A stretch of 64,000 bases of DNA from IMG/VR virus record IMGVR_UViG_3300027730_000005. One strand, 5' to 3'. Below are positions 29,096-38,618 of this stretch, piece after piece. Numbering within the stretch: the first letter of the stretch is position 1; every line of letters begins with the position of its first letter. The position numbers and the translations under genes are program-made. The notes beneath the pieces are model-generated. The model saw nothing but the letters and a program-made list of their open reading frames with translations, was not told the DNA's origin and searched no databases. This DNA comes from a virus. Taxonomy: Duplodnaviria; Caudoviricetes.

Positions 29096-29899
29096 ATGAG
29101 CATGACATTTGATTTAATTTCAGATCTACATCTGGAAACATGGCCCGGGGAATTTGATTGGTCCGGGCAACCTACTAGCCCGGTGTGTGTAGTAGCTGGA
29201 GACATAAGTTCAGATCCTAGAATAGTGAGAAACTGTTTGAAACATCTGGCCAATTGTTATGCGGCTGTGTTTTACATAGACGGTAATGACGAGCATACCT
29301 ATAACTATCACAGAATAGGTCAAAGCTATCAAGAATTAGCTCGCAGTATTAATCGATTACATCGAGTCACATATCTTCAAGACAATGTGGTTGTAATTGA
29401 CGGTGTGGCTATATTGGGTACTAATGGATGGTGGGGATACGATCTAGATGAAAATATCAACAGAGACGATTGTAAACAACACATGACCGATTGGTACGCC
29501 AAGAAAATGCCTGGATTTAAAATAAATCCTGAAGAAATCAGTGACATGTCCAGACGTGATGTAGCTTATCTGGTCAACAGTGTGCAACGATTACAAACAC
29601 ACAATGATGTAAAAAAGATTGTGATTGTAACACATACTGTGCCTGGTGCGCATTTGATACAACATGATATAGAATTAGCAAATACCACACAGTTTAATCA
29701 CATGGGCAATAGACTCATGCATCTAGTGCATACCAATGATACTGAACGCAAAATAAACACCTGGTGCTTTGGCCACTATCATGGTAATGTGGACAAAACT
29801 ATAGAAGGTATAAGATTTGTAAACAATTGCCGAGGGCGCGGCGACACATCTTATCGGCAAGATGTTTACTTTCCCAAACGCATAGAAATAAAAACTTAA
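29096..29899 (+). CDS. calcineurin-like metallophosphoesterase
   Basis: SDLH, AGD, GNDEH, THTVP, FGHYH. Confidence 0.85.
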   Translation: MSMTFDLISDLHLETWPGEFDWSGQPTSPVCVVAGDISSDPRIVRNCLKHLANCYAAVFYIDGNDEHTYNYHRIGQSYQELARSINRLHRVTYLQDNVVVIDGVAILGTNGWWGYDLDENINRDDCKQHMTDWYAKKMPGFKINPEEISDMSRRDVAYLVNSVQRLQTHNDVKKIVIVTHTVPGAHLIQHDIELANTTQFNHMGNRLMHLVHTNDTERKINTWCFGHYHGNVDKTIEGIRFVNNCRGRGDTSYRQDVYFPKRIEIKT

Positions 29900-29900
29900 T

Positions 29901-30209
29901 TTATTTAGAATCAGGCTCTAGCTTGATTTGCAAAGGAAAATCTTGCTCACGTGCGCTTTCGTTTACTTCATACTTTTTTTGCTCAGCAATTTCAAACGGC
30001 AATACTGCTACAATAGCTTGACCATTTTCATGTATGCTCACTGTCAACTGTGTAGCTGTTTCAATGGTATAGTCAAAAAACTCTACTAGACTTTCTACTA
30101 CAAATTCCATAGTAGTAGTGTTATCATTGATATAAATCACACGATAAAGAGGCGGCTCTTTGATGGCTTTTTTAGTTCGGATAATGGTTGCTGCTTCTGC
30201 GTTTGACAT
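29901..30209 (-). CDS. clpS: Clp protease adaptor ClpS
   Basis: PPLYRVIYINDNTTTMEFVV, VSIHENGQA, FPLQIKLEP. Confidence 0.92.
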   Translation of the reverse strand: MSNAEAATIIRTKKAIKEPPLYRVIYINDNTTTMEFVVESLVEFFDYTIETATQLTVSIHENGQAIVAVLPFEIAEQKKYEVNESAREQDFPLQIKLEPDSK

Positions 30210-30264
30210 ATGGTTCCTATTGGAGTGGTAGGATAATTCCTACCACTGTATTTACACAATTATA

Positions 30265-30711
30265 TTACACAGTGTATGTGATTGCAATGCTCTTCGGCTT
30301 GGCTGATTCAGGAACTTTACGCTCCAAGTATACAGTCAAGATACCATCTTTGATGGCTGCACCATTGACTTCCACGTGTTCGGCAAGCGGAAATGTTTGC
30401 TTGAACTCACGGCTAGAAATACCACGATGTAGATATTCATGCTCAACGCTGTCATTGCGCTTTTTATTACCAGTTACGGTAAGCAATCGCTTGTCCAAAC
30501 TGATATCAATTTCGCCTTCAGAAAATCCTGCCACTGCGACTTCAATTGTGACTGTGTCGTCACCAGTTTTAATCACATTGTGTGGAGGATAGTTGGTTGA
30601 GCTTTGAGTTTGTGTTACACGCATCAGATCGTCAAACAGATTGTCAAAACCAATTCCAAATTTGTTGAATGCGGGGATATCGAAACTACGAAGGTGTAGA
30701 GTTTTTGTCAT
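30265..30711 (-). CDS. small heat shock protein Hsp20 (IbpA-like)
   Basis: NYPPHNVIK, IEVAVAGF, YLHRGIS, GILTVYLERKVPE. Confidence 0.95.
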   Translation of the reverse strand: MTKTLHLRSFDIPAFNKFGIGFDNLFDDLMRVTQTQSSTNYPPHNVIKTGDDTVTIEVAVAGFSEGEIDISLDKRLLTVTGNKKRNDSVEHEYLHRGISSREFKQTFPLAEHVEVNGAAIKDGILTVYLERKVPESAKPKSIAITYTV

Positions 30712-30776
30712 GTTGTTTCTCCTTTAATAAGCAAGTATGACTGAATAATGTAGACCCCACCATGGGCATCTACAAA
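30712..30776 (-). promoter_or_regulatory. ROSE-like RNA thermometer 5' UTR of hsp20
   Basis: UACUUGCU-UAUUAA-AGGAG hairpin plus an upstream UGUAGA/UCUACA stem; TATAAATA at 30779..30786 just upstream. Confidence 0.6.
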
Positions 30777-30795
30777 TGTATTTATACAAGAAATC

Positions 30796-31032
30796 TCAGT
30801 GGCCGTCAAGTTTCATTGGCTCAATTACTCTATACTTTCTAAGATATTCATATGGTGGATTCCAGCTTAGAGCAAAAAAACTATAAAGTTCGTCGGATGC
30901 AAATACCACACGGGTTACATTTTTGACTGTTTTGGTCTGATAAGGTATATCGTATTTTTCTTGCCACTTATCTAATGCATCTTGAATATCATTCAAGTGA
31001 CGAAAGTTCACAAGATCAAATGCAATATACAT
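30796..31032 (-). CDS. hypothetical protein
   Basis: 78-aa ORF between clpX and hsp20. Confidence 0.55.
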   Translation of the reverse strand: MYIAFDLVNFRHLNDIQDALDKWQEKYDIPYQTKTVKNVTRVVFASDELYSFFALSWNPPYEYLRKYRVIEPMKLDGH

Positions 31033-31036
31033 GACA

Positions 31037-32239
31037 TTAGTCTGTACCAGTTAGTGCAGTTGGTTTGTTCACTTGTGCAGGATCAATTTCCACACACTTG
31101 ATACCTGTGTTGGCATAGCGACGTAGATTAAACATGTGCGGAATCAATGTACGTTCCAGTTCAGAATGCAGTCCACGAGCACCAGTTTTGTTGACCAGAG
31201 TGTGTTCAGCAATAAGATCCAAAGCAGGTTCTGTGAATGTTAACTCCACTCCATCTTCTTTGAACAACCAATGATACTGTTCAATGTAGTTGTTCTTGAC
31301 TTCAGTGAGAATACGGATCAAGTCTGCTTTGCTGAGTTCTTTGAGACTAACCCAATTAGGAAAACGTCCAACAAACTCTGGAATCATTCCAAACTTTACT
31401 AGATCATCAGGAGTGGTCATGGCTAGATCTGCGTCTATGTCTGTCTTTACTTGGGCATTGAATCCAATACTTGTGCCTTGCACACGGTTCTTTACAATGC
31501 CGTCTAGTCCTACAAATGCTCCACCTGCAATAAACAAGATATTCTTGGTGTCAATTTCAATCATTTCCCCACCAGGATGTTTCCGCCCGCCCGCAGCACT
31601 CACGCGACAGATAGTACCTTCGACCATCTTTAACAAGGCCTGCTGTACACCTTCGCCGGACACATCTCGTGTGATGCTGGTGCTTTCACCTTTGCGCGAA
31701 ATTTTATCAATTTCATCCACAAACACAATACCTTTCTGTGTTTTGGCTATATCATTTCCTGATGCTGCGTACAGTCTGCTGATCAAACTCTCTACATCGT
31801 CACCAACATAACCTGCTTCTGTAATACTTGTGGCATCTGCAATAGCAAACGGTACATCAAGATATCGTGCTACACTTTTGGCCAGCAGGGTCTTGCCCGA
31901 GCCAGTGGGACCTAACATCAAGATGTTGGCTTTGTCTAGTTCTGGCTGTGTTGTGGTTTTATTGATGCGTTTGTAATGATTTACAATGGCCACCGCCAAC
32001 ATGATTTTGGCAGCATTTTGTCCAATCACGTATTGGTCTAGATAATTCTTTAACGCAACAGGATCCATCTTGTCAGATGGTTGTGCCGGTGCCGCGGGCG
32101 CTTCTTCATCAGTGAGTAGATCTTGACAAAAATCCACACACTCGTTGCAGATACCTGCGTATTCCCCAACAATTAGTTTTTTCACTGAATCTTTGTTTTT
32201 GCCGCAAAAGCTGCAAGATGTATGTGTTTCTTTGGTCAT
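31037..32239 (-). CDS. clpX: ATP-dependent Clp protease ATP-binding subunit
   Basis: Zn-binding CSFCGK...[44 protein letters not shown]. Confidence 0.97.
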   Translation of the reverse strand: MTKETHTSCSFCGKNKDSVKKLIVGEYAGICNECVDFCQDLLTDEEAPAAPAQPSDKMDPVALKNYLDQYVIGQNAAKIMLAVAIVNHYKRINKTTTQPELDKANILMLGPTGSGKTLLAKSVARYLDVPFAIADATSITEAGYVGDDVESLISRLYAASGNDIAKTQKGIVFVDEIDKISRKGESTSITRDVSGEGVQQALLKMVEGTICRVSAAGGRKHPGGEMIEIDTKNILFIAGGAFVGLDGIVKNRVQGTSIGFNAQVKTDIDADLAMTTPDDLVKFGMIPEFVGRFPNWVSLKELSKADLIRILTEVKNNYIEQYHWLFKEDGVELTFTEPALDLIAEHTLVNKTGARGLHSELERTLIPHMFNLRRYANTGIKCVEIDPAQVNKPTALTGTD

Positions 32240-33675
32240 TTGGTTTGTGTTATGCGTTGTTCAATTTGGTCACGTTCACTGTCACTGAGCTGATCGGGAT
32301 CATATAGTCCTTGTTCAATTTGTTTAATCAGATGATCAATGTAAGCTGTATCGTAAGTGTAGTTATTTTGCTGAGTGGTGTCAATTCCGATCCACGCAGA
32401 TCCATTATGTTTATATAGCCTATGTGGAATGCCAGAGGTGGATATAAATGTATCACCTTTGTTTCCTTTATCAGGCAATACTGAACCAAAACCTGACTCA
32501 GGAACTTTGGGCAAATATTTCATCCAAGGCAGTTGATCTATTACGCCGACTTCTAGCAAACGTCGATGGCGTTTTAATGTGTCATTGGGATTATCCGCTT
32601 TCCATTGTTCCTTGGCATTTTTAAGGTCAACGCTGTCGTTTTCATCATGGTCTTCATCAACTTGTGTTGTGGGCAGAATAACTTTGATCTGCACGGGTTC
32701 TTGATCATCCAAAAACGGACCGTCAAGTACATCACACGCTCGGTTGGGGCAGAATGGCCCAATACCTGGGGCATGTACCATTGGCGTACCACATTTATAA
32801 CAAGGGTCTAGTGTTGGATCACTAGCTTGGTGTTTTTGGATATCAACTGGTGATGTATCAGCAACTGTGGTGGGCCAAGATGTTTTGGGTATTTCTTCAT
32901 CAATTTCTGTTGCTGTTGGTTTGCGAGCCCACTTGAGACTTTCTGTAGCAGCCAACAACATCATAATGGCCAATGGATCAAACACACAAACTAGTAGTAT
33001 GATCACCCAACGCACAGAACGTTCTAGTACATTGGTATCTGTATTGTCCCCATAGATCAATGCTGCAATGTATTTGATTGGGCCAACTTCGGCTTCGATC
33101 TTGCGTACTTCAGCCGATATGGGTGCTCGTTCTTGTCTAAGAGCACTAATTGTTTTCTGTTCGGCTGCAATTTCAGCCAGTAGTCTAGATCTTTCTTTCG
33201 CTTGCGACTTACGGATGGCCACCGCTTTGTCAGCACCCGTTTCTGTTGTCGAGCGTGCCATGCTTTGGTCCACCGCCTCATCGAGTTGTTTAAGTGCTTT
33301 GCGATTAACATCAATGTTGTCCTGTGATACTTTTATTTTTTCGTCGTAGACTGCAATCTTGGCCTGCACGTCTCCCGATACCATGCTTTGATCACTGTGT
33401 GCCTTGCTCAAGAAACCAAAAATGCCCATGCTGGTGATCAGCATTAACATACACACAGCTGGTACTAGATACAATTTCATCAACCAACGGCAGCGTGACC
33501 AATATTCGTGTAGCCACAATGTGACCACAACCTTGGCCAGTTCTAGTACAGAACCCATGATCATAATAGGCACCAGGGCCGCGGCAAATATGGTAGCAAG
33601 ACCTGCAATGCTATAATATGCAGCAATGGCGCTGAGGCCTAATGCCACAGCTAAAGTAATAAGACTAAGAAACAT
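32236..33675 (-). CDS. membrane-anchored coiled-coil protein with internal Cys4 motif
   Basis: N-terminal TM helices, coiled coil, a further TM, then CYKC...CPNRAC. Confidence 0.7.
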   Translation of the reverse strand: MFLSLITLAVALGLSAIAAYYSIAGLATIFAAALVPIMIMGSVLELAKVVVTLWLHEYWSRCRWLMKLYLVPAVCMLMLITSMGIFGFLSKAHSDQSMVSGDVQAKIAVYDEKIKVSQDNIDVNRKALKQLDEAVDQSMARSTTETGADKAVAIRKSQAKERSRLLAEIAAEQKTISALRQERAPISAEVRKIEAEVGPIKYIAALIYGDNTDTNVLERSVRWVIILLVCVFDPLAIMMLLAATESLKWARKPTATEIDEEIPKTSWPTTVADTSPVDIQKHQASDPTLDPCYKCGTPMVHAPGIGPFCPNRACDVLDGPFLDDQEPVQIKVILPTTQVDEDHDENDSVDLKNAKEQWKADNPNDTLKRHRRLLEVGVIDQLPWMKYLPKVPESGFGSVLPDKGNKGDTFISTSGIPHRLYKHNGSAWIGIDTTQQNNYTYDTAYIDHLIKQIEQGLYDPDQLSDSERDQIEQRITQTK

Positions 33676-33679
33676 AAGA

Positions 33680-34009
33680 TTATTTACCGGGTGGTGCTAG
33701 CACAGTTACCGCATACTTTATAGCTATCCAAGTGGCAAACTTTTCGTCAGGTACATCGAACCACACACGTTGGGGTGTGTTAGATTCGGTGGGCCATCTC
33801 ATACCCTGGCGATCTAGCCGACGTTTAGCACCTGATTGGCCACGCCAGCCACGAATACCAAATTCACGATTGGCTTCTGCAATGATTTTGTACCAAACTT
33901 CGGTACTGCCAATCTCTACCCAAATACGGTGCATGGGTTGGGGCGTTACTTTAAGCGAATTGAATGATTCAGACATGCTCGACGCAGAGATCTCAACTTC
34001 AACAGACAT
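33680..34009 (-). CDS. hypothetical protein
   Basis: 109-aa ORF with AAGGA SD. Confidence 0.6.
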   Translation of the reverse strand: MSVEVEISASSMSESFNSLKVTPQPMHRIWVEIGSTEVWYKIIAEANREFGIRGWRGQSGAKRRLDRQGMRWPTESNTPQRVWFDVPDEKFATWIAIKYAVTVLAPPGK

Positions 34010-34195
34010 TTACATATCCTTTCCAGATTATTCCTCTTGGCATACTCCCAGGGTACCAGCCTGGTTTTGATCGTTCGATCGAGGTCTTAGTCGCATCCTC
34101 AGAGACTTACATCTATTTGCCACGGATATCTACAGGCCCGGGTTATTGAATTACCCTGCAGACACCAATAGAAAGCTCCACCTCCCTACCCATGC
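34010..34195 (-). ncRNA. candidate structured non-coding RNA or 5' leader
   Basis: About 190 nt with no convincing ORF after a perfect sigma70 promoter; 12-bp stem 34125-34136/34155-34166; multibranch closed by TGGCA/TGCCA with three internal hairpins. Confidence 0.35.
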
Positions 34196-34201
34196 ATAGT
34201 A

Positions 34202-34230
34202 ATTATAGCAAGAACTACGAGTGTTGTCAA
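34202..34230 (-). promoter_or_regulatory. sigma70 promoter TTGACA-N17-TATAAT
   Basis: Perfect consensus read on the minus strand. Confidence 0.85.
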
Positions 34231-34301
34231 TTTTAACTTGGGTCGCCTTGACCTAAAACGTTGTCGTCTTCATCTTCCAATTGTAATGGTCCATGGAACC
34301 A

Positions 34302-34580
34302 TCACTCTTGTTCATATGCTACCCAACATTTATTTCTGTGATCCCAATGTCGATTATCGTGTACGCCAATATGGAATTCCCAACCTAGCAATCCCAATTC
34401 AAGTCCTATGCCAGCATGATCTTGCATAACAGTATATTGAAACTCAAACCTAAACAAGTTTTCAGTTTTGAGTATTTCAATTTCCCATGATTTGTTTTTG
34501 GTAATTGAGCCTGCATTGTTCCATACATTTTCAAAACGGTCAAACCAAGGACTGCGGAGATTGAAATTCAAATAGATCAT
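34302..34580 (-). CDS. hypothetical protein
   Basis: 92-aa ORF in operon with ligase. Confidence 0.6.
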   Translation of the reverse strand: MIYLNFNLRSPWFDRFENVWNNAGSITKNKSWEIEILKTENLFRFEFQYTVMQDHAGIGLELGLLGWEFHIGVHDNRHWDHRNKCWVAYEQE

Positions 34581-34795
34581 ACTACGTGACCAAGCACTTG
34601 ATAAATCAACTGATCTAATTCTTCTTGATAGTTATTGTTGCCCTGTCTCCGCTTTAACCAAATTGCAGTTAACAATTCTTTGGCATCAAAACTAGCGTCA
34701 GCTGGCAGTTTCCCGCGAGACTCTAGTTCGTCAAGTAAGTCATCTGTGTCGAATTCCGAGATATCAATATCAACATCAACTGTTATGTATGTCAT
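34577..34795 (-). CDS. hypothetical protein
   Basis: 72-aa ORF with overlapping start/stop. Confidence 0.6.
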   Translation of the reverse strand: MTYITVDVDIDISEFDTDDLLDELESRGKLPADASFDAKELLTAIWLKRRQGNNNYQEELDQLIYQVLGHVV

Positions 34796-36180
34796 AGTTT
34801 CTCTCCAGGTTCAAATCCACGGAATCGTTTGTGACGAGGAAATCTCAAGCTGTATGATCCGTCTTGGTTTTGCGTAACTGCGTCAGCTTCGACTTCGCCA
34901 ATGACACCAAGTAGACGATCTCGGGCAGTCCAAAAATCATCACGATCTTTATCGCTATAGCCAGTACCAACATTAACACGAATATTTCGCTCATTATCAA
35001 CTCCTTCGTAAATTATAGCACCAAGTCGGCCAGCATTGCGACCAGTCCCTTCCTCAAAGCCCACAATATTAAGATCCACTGTAATTGTGGGCTTCCATTT
35101 CATCCAAAAGCTGGATCGTTTGCATTCGTAAGGCGCAGACAGATCTTTGATCATGATGCCTTCAAATCCATCCTTTACTGCATCCTGAGCATAACGATTC
35201 ATAATGTCATGGCCCTCGGCAGTGTCCAGATCTACATCAATGCCCGACATAATGCGCAAACAGTCTGTGGCCATTAGTCGATCTCGACTGCTTTCCAACC
35301 ATTCAAGACGCCGTGCTTGTCTGGCATTACAATGCCCTTCCATAAACTCATCCAGCGGCATGGCATCAAAGATGTGATATACCATGTCTGAAGTTTCTGC
35401 ATTGCTCTTGCGATGTGCTTGGCGCATGAGCTTTTGGAAACTCTCGCCTACTACTTCACCATCAAGAATAAAACTACCTTTGATTGGAGAGTGTGCCAGT
35501 AGTGCGGCTCGAGATTCCATCACAGCATCGGCAATCTGTGGAAAATTTGCAAACTCTTTACCGTTACGGCTGTACAATGTGCAACCATTTGCATTGACCA
35601 CAGCAATGACTCGTACACCATCCAGCTTGACTTCCAGGCGTTTGATGCCTTTCATCTTGGCTGGACGATCTGTAGAGTCTTGTGCCAGTTGGCAGGAGAA
35701 CACAGGAATACGATATTGTGTTCTACCCAGTACCTTGTTTAGTGTTTTTTCACTGATACCACACCGTAGATCTTTGCGAATTACTGGAGCACAGATTGTG
35801 TTCCATTCTTCACTATCAAATTCTTCACTCACACGAAGCATGAAGTCACGAGCTGCATGTCCGGTGCTAGAGCGTGTGCGTAGACTTTCAAGCAAGGCCC
35901 AAAACATTGGCCAAGGGTTGTCACGTCCAACAAGTCCTTGGGTTTCGGGCACTTGTTTGACATGAAAAGTATAAAAAGGATTGTATGCTTGATAGCAATT
36001 GAACAAAAAAGACTGAGCGTCGGCACTGCCCAATTTTGCAGCCATCAAGGCTTTTTCAATCACTTTTTCTTTGTGAATGCGACTGTCCGAACTGTTGAGA
36101 TCTTTTATCCAACCCGAGGACATATATCCTTTGAAACGATCATTGTCAATGGTATATGGTGCAAGTGGTTCATACGTCAT
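34792..36180 (-). CDS. ATP-dependent DNA ligase
   Basis: Motif I EVKLDGVR, LDGEV, IFD, EGIMIK, WMKWKP, SLRFPR. Confidence 0.95.
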   Translation of the reverse strand: MTYEPLAPYTIDNDRFKGYMSSGWIKDLNSSDSRIHKEKVIEKALMAAKLGSADAQSFLFNCYQAYNPFYTFHVKQVPETQGLVGRDNPWPMFWALLESLRTRSSTGHAARDFMLRVSEEFDSEEWNTICAPVIRKDLRCGISEKTLNKVLGRTQYRIPVFSCQLAQDSTDRPAKMKGIKRLEVKLDGVRVIAVVNANGCTLYSRNGKEFANFPQIADAVMESRAALLAHSPIKGSFILDGEVVGESFQKLMRQAHRKSNAETSDMVYHIFDAMPLDEFMEGHCNARQARRLEWLESSRDRLMATDCLRIMSGIDVDLDTAEGHDIMNRYAQDAVKDGFEGIMIKDLSAPYECKRSSFWMKWKPTITVDLNIVGFEEGTGRNAGRLGAIIYEGVDNERNIRVNVGTGYSDKDRDDFWTARDRLLGVIGEVEADAVTQNQDGSYSLRFPRHKRFRGFEPGEKL

Positions 36181-36183
36181 TAT

Positions 36184-36645
36184 TTACTCTGCTTTCTGTT
36201 TGGTTAATGCACACACGAATAAGAACTTTTCGTAAGCATCACGCACTGCTGGATTAGAGTATAACACATCTGCTTCTTGTTGTAAAGCATTCATTCCTGC
36301 CTCGGCAACATCGTGTGCGCTAGGTCCTTGTAAAGTGCAGAGTTCATTACCAAACTCTTTTGCTAATTTTTTCCAGGCTCGTTCTTGTCTCGGTGTTATT
36401 GGCTTTTGTATTGGTCGAAGCTCACTGGCCATAAGCATGGCTCTAATCATGACATCTTTTGCCACCCGCCCAGCGGCAATTAGCGCGGCATAATTAGGTT
36501 CCACGTCATACCTACAGGATTTACCCCCGGGGTATACGCAGATAAGGTGACTACCTTTATGGAAACTATCCAAAAGATCGCTATCATACTCAGCCACAGG
36601 CCGATACCGCCGTCCAATTTTTTCATAATATATTTTCTTTACCAT
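36184..36645 (-). CDS. hypothetical phage protein
   Basis: 153-aa ORF in early-gene array. Confidence 0.65.
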   Translation of the reverse strand: MVKKIYYEKIGRRYRPVAEYDSDLLDSFHKGSHLICVYPGGKSCRYDVEPNYAALIAAGRVAKDVMIRAMLMASELRPIQKPITPRQERAWKKLAKEFGNELCTLQGPSAHDVAEAGMNALQQEADVLYSNPAVRDAYEKFLFVCALTKQKAE

Positions 36646-37016
36646 GAGCTATTGTAAAACACTTTTAGTCCCAGAAACAATTCGGCCTTGGCGTTACGAA
36701 CAAATGCAAGATCCTGCTCTTGATAATGGTTGTCACTATTATCACCAAAGAAGAATCCTCTAGTAGCAGGTAACCGCTTATTTACAATATCCTGCTCAAG
36801 TTCTTCAAGATCATCCCAGGTGAGTTCTAGTTCGGTGCCATTAAATTGATCTCCAGGATGGCCGTTTGGACGGCCTTTGTTTTCCCATAACTGTTGCATC
36901 CAACCATGCAGATTAGGATGCTTGCGCCAGTATGCAATTTCACGCTGTACCAATTTACCTGCGTTGGCGCTGGCATTTGACTGAGTGGCTGCATAAGCAT
37001 ACATATCTAATCCCAT
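36639..37016 (-). CDS. conserved phage protein (MGLDMY...YWRKH family)
   Basis: MGLDMYAY, YWRKHPNLHGWM, GFFFG, YNSSW. Confidence 0.7.
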   Translation of the reverse strand: MGLDMYAYAATQSNASANAGKLVQREIAYWRKHPNLHGWMQQLWENKGRPNGHPGDQFNGTELELTWDDLEELEQDIVNKRLPATRGFFFGDNSDNHYQEQDLAFVRNAKAELFLGLKVFYNSSW

Positions 37017-37023
37017 ATTTTCC

Positions 37024-37377
37024 TTATGTGTTGACTAAGTTTGGCACTTTGCCATCTTTGAGTGTGCGTAGTAGAATACGATTACGCTCATCTTGCTCTT
37101 TGCGTTCACGCTTTTTGTCATTGTTCCGATCAATGGTCATACGGTCGTATTCTCGTGCCCATAACACACCTTGCATAAACCTGTCGGCATGTTCCAATGA
37201 TCCAGCAAATAATATAGCATCACGGCTGTAGATAGGCAATGCGTCTTTATCTTTTGGCACTAATGCCACACGCTCGCCATACACGTCATCATGCTTGTAA
37301 GCAGTAAACCGCATGCCAAGCCCATCCGCTCGTTCTTCTAACTTACGAATTTGTGTAATTGTATTCCAGCCTGCCAT
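37024..37377 (-). CDS. hypothetical phage protein
   Basis: 117-aa ORF with SD. Confidence 0.65.
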   Translation of the reverse strand: MAGWNTITQIRKLEERADGLGMRFTAYKHDDVYGERVALVPKDKDALPIYSRDAILFAGSLEHADRFMQGVLWAREYDRMTIDRNNDKKRERKEQDERNRILLRTLKDGKVPNLVNT

Positions 37378-37408
37378 GACAATTCCTATGTTAGCAAATA
37401 ATCATTGA

Positions 37409-37828
37409 TTATTTGGTGCCATACACCGCCATCATCAGGCTGTCAACTTCGGCTTCTGTCACTACCACTTGAGCGGCTGCGGCACGAGCCTTGGCTGCTT
37501 TGACACGGATAGAATCCATAGTAGGAGCAGTTTTGGCACTCTTCACTACCTTGGCCATTTTGGTCACACGCACCTTTACAGTACGAGCAGGTTTGGCTTT
37601 GGGAGCCACTTCTGCTTGTAGTGCTTCACGAACTGCATCTGAGGTAGCAAAGCCGCTGGCCAAAAGATGTGCAACCGCACTGGCCTTGTCCATAGTAGAC
37701 GGCAGCGGAACAATGTTCACATCAGTATCTCCCAGCTTGGCCAGCTGTTTGGCACGAGCCTCAGAGTTAGCAAAACGAACTTTGAGAACACCTTTGAGAA
37801 CGGAGGTACCAGCGAAAGTGTAAGACAT
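37409..37828 (-). CDS. hypothetical phage protein with basic Ala/Lys-rich C-terminus
   Basis: 139 aa; AGGAG SD; own early promoter. Confidence 0.7.
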   Translation of the reverse strand: MSYTFAGTSVLKGVLKVRFANSEARAKQLAKLGDTDVNIVPLPSTMDKASAVAHLLASGFATSDAVREALQAEVAPKAKPARTVKVRVTKMAKVVKSAKTAPTMDSIRVKAAKARAAAAQVVVTEAEVDSLMMAVYGTK

Positions 37829-37856
37829 AAAAACTCCTGAGTTAAATTAAAAATGT

Positions 37857-37885
37857 ATTATAACTGAAAACACAATACCGGTCAA
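37857..37885 (-). promoter_or_regulatory. sigma70-type early promoter TTGACC-N17-TATAAT
   Basis: Read directly; the -35 box overlaps the upstream stop codon. Confidence 0.8.
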
Positions 37886-38517
37886 CCCCAGGCCAGCCCA
37901 AAGTTGCGGGCACATACCGGACCATACCCAACTTGCACAGAACGATCATCTTTCAGACCATGATTGCAGAAACTGCAACCACCAGTGAGACGTCCATAGC
38001 GTCCTGCGGTAGCAGATGGGTCATCTGCAAACTCTTTTACCAGCTCACACACTTCCTGAGTGGCACTGCGGGTAGCAAAGAACTCGCCGGTAACATCCAC
38101 GCGGCCAAAGAACTTGTTGTTGCCAAACGGGCCGCCGTCAGTGATCAGGACCTGACCTGCATATTTGCTGTTGGTACCTGCACGAAAGAATGCCACTGGC
38201 TGCCCTTGTGTGGTTTGCAATTTAACTTTGACACGGCGCAACTTTTTGGCGGCCACATCAAACAGATCTTGAATCTTTTGAAAGTTCACTTGGATCTGCG
38301 CAACAGGTGCAGGTTGTGTGGCACGTTGCTGCAAAGTATCAACCCAGGTCAGCTGTTTAGGAGACAAGCTACCATAACGATAAAAGTTTTGGATCAAACT
38401 TGAAGCAAAATTGCCATCGTTTTTACTCAGCTTATCCAGAACAGAACTCAGTGTTTCAACCTGAGTTTGTTGTACTGCATTCAGTTGCACAGTCTTGCGA
38501 GTTTGATTTGCGAACAT
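37882..38517 (-). CDS. phage protein with C-terminal Cys4 DUF6011-like Zn motif
   Basis: CSFCNHGLKDDRSVQVGYGPVCA; start MFANQ after AAGGAG. Confidence 0.65.
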   Translation of the reverse strand: MFANQTRKTVQLNAVQQTQVETLSSVLDKLSKNDGNFASSLIQNFYRYGSLSPKQLTWVDTLQQRATQPAPVAQIQVNFQKIQDLFDVAAKKLRRVKVKLQTTQGQPVAFFRAGTNSKYAGQVLITDGGPFGNNKFFGRVDVTGEFFATRSATQEVCELVKEFADDPSATAGRYGRLTGGCSFCNHGLKDDRSVQVGYGPVCARNFGLAWG

Positions 38518-38547
38518 AAACACTCCTTTTTGTTGCTCTATGTGTAT

Positions 38548-38576
38548 ATTATAGCAAATTGGGCAATTCTGGTCAA
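38548..38576 (-). promoter_or_regulatory. sigma70-type early promoter TTGACC-N17-TATAAT
   Basis: Read directly. Confidence 0.8.
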
Positions 38577-38618
38577 CCAAAATCTGCTGTAAAAAAGTTA
38601 ACACTTTGGTATTACTTT

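Noticed and set aside
34010-34195. Hammerhead ribozyme (CUGAGGA seen on the minus strand)
   Set aside because: Could not place the required GAAA and UH core around three stems; kept only as a generic structured-RNA candidate
35384-35965. Long antisense ORFs (this one, 52614..53204, 54518..55048, 31290..31811, 14273..14734 and similar)
   Set aside because: They are shadows of well-supported opposite-strand genes with no SD or promoter context and no motifs
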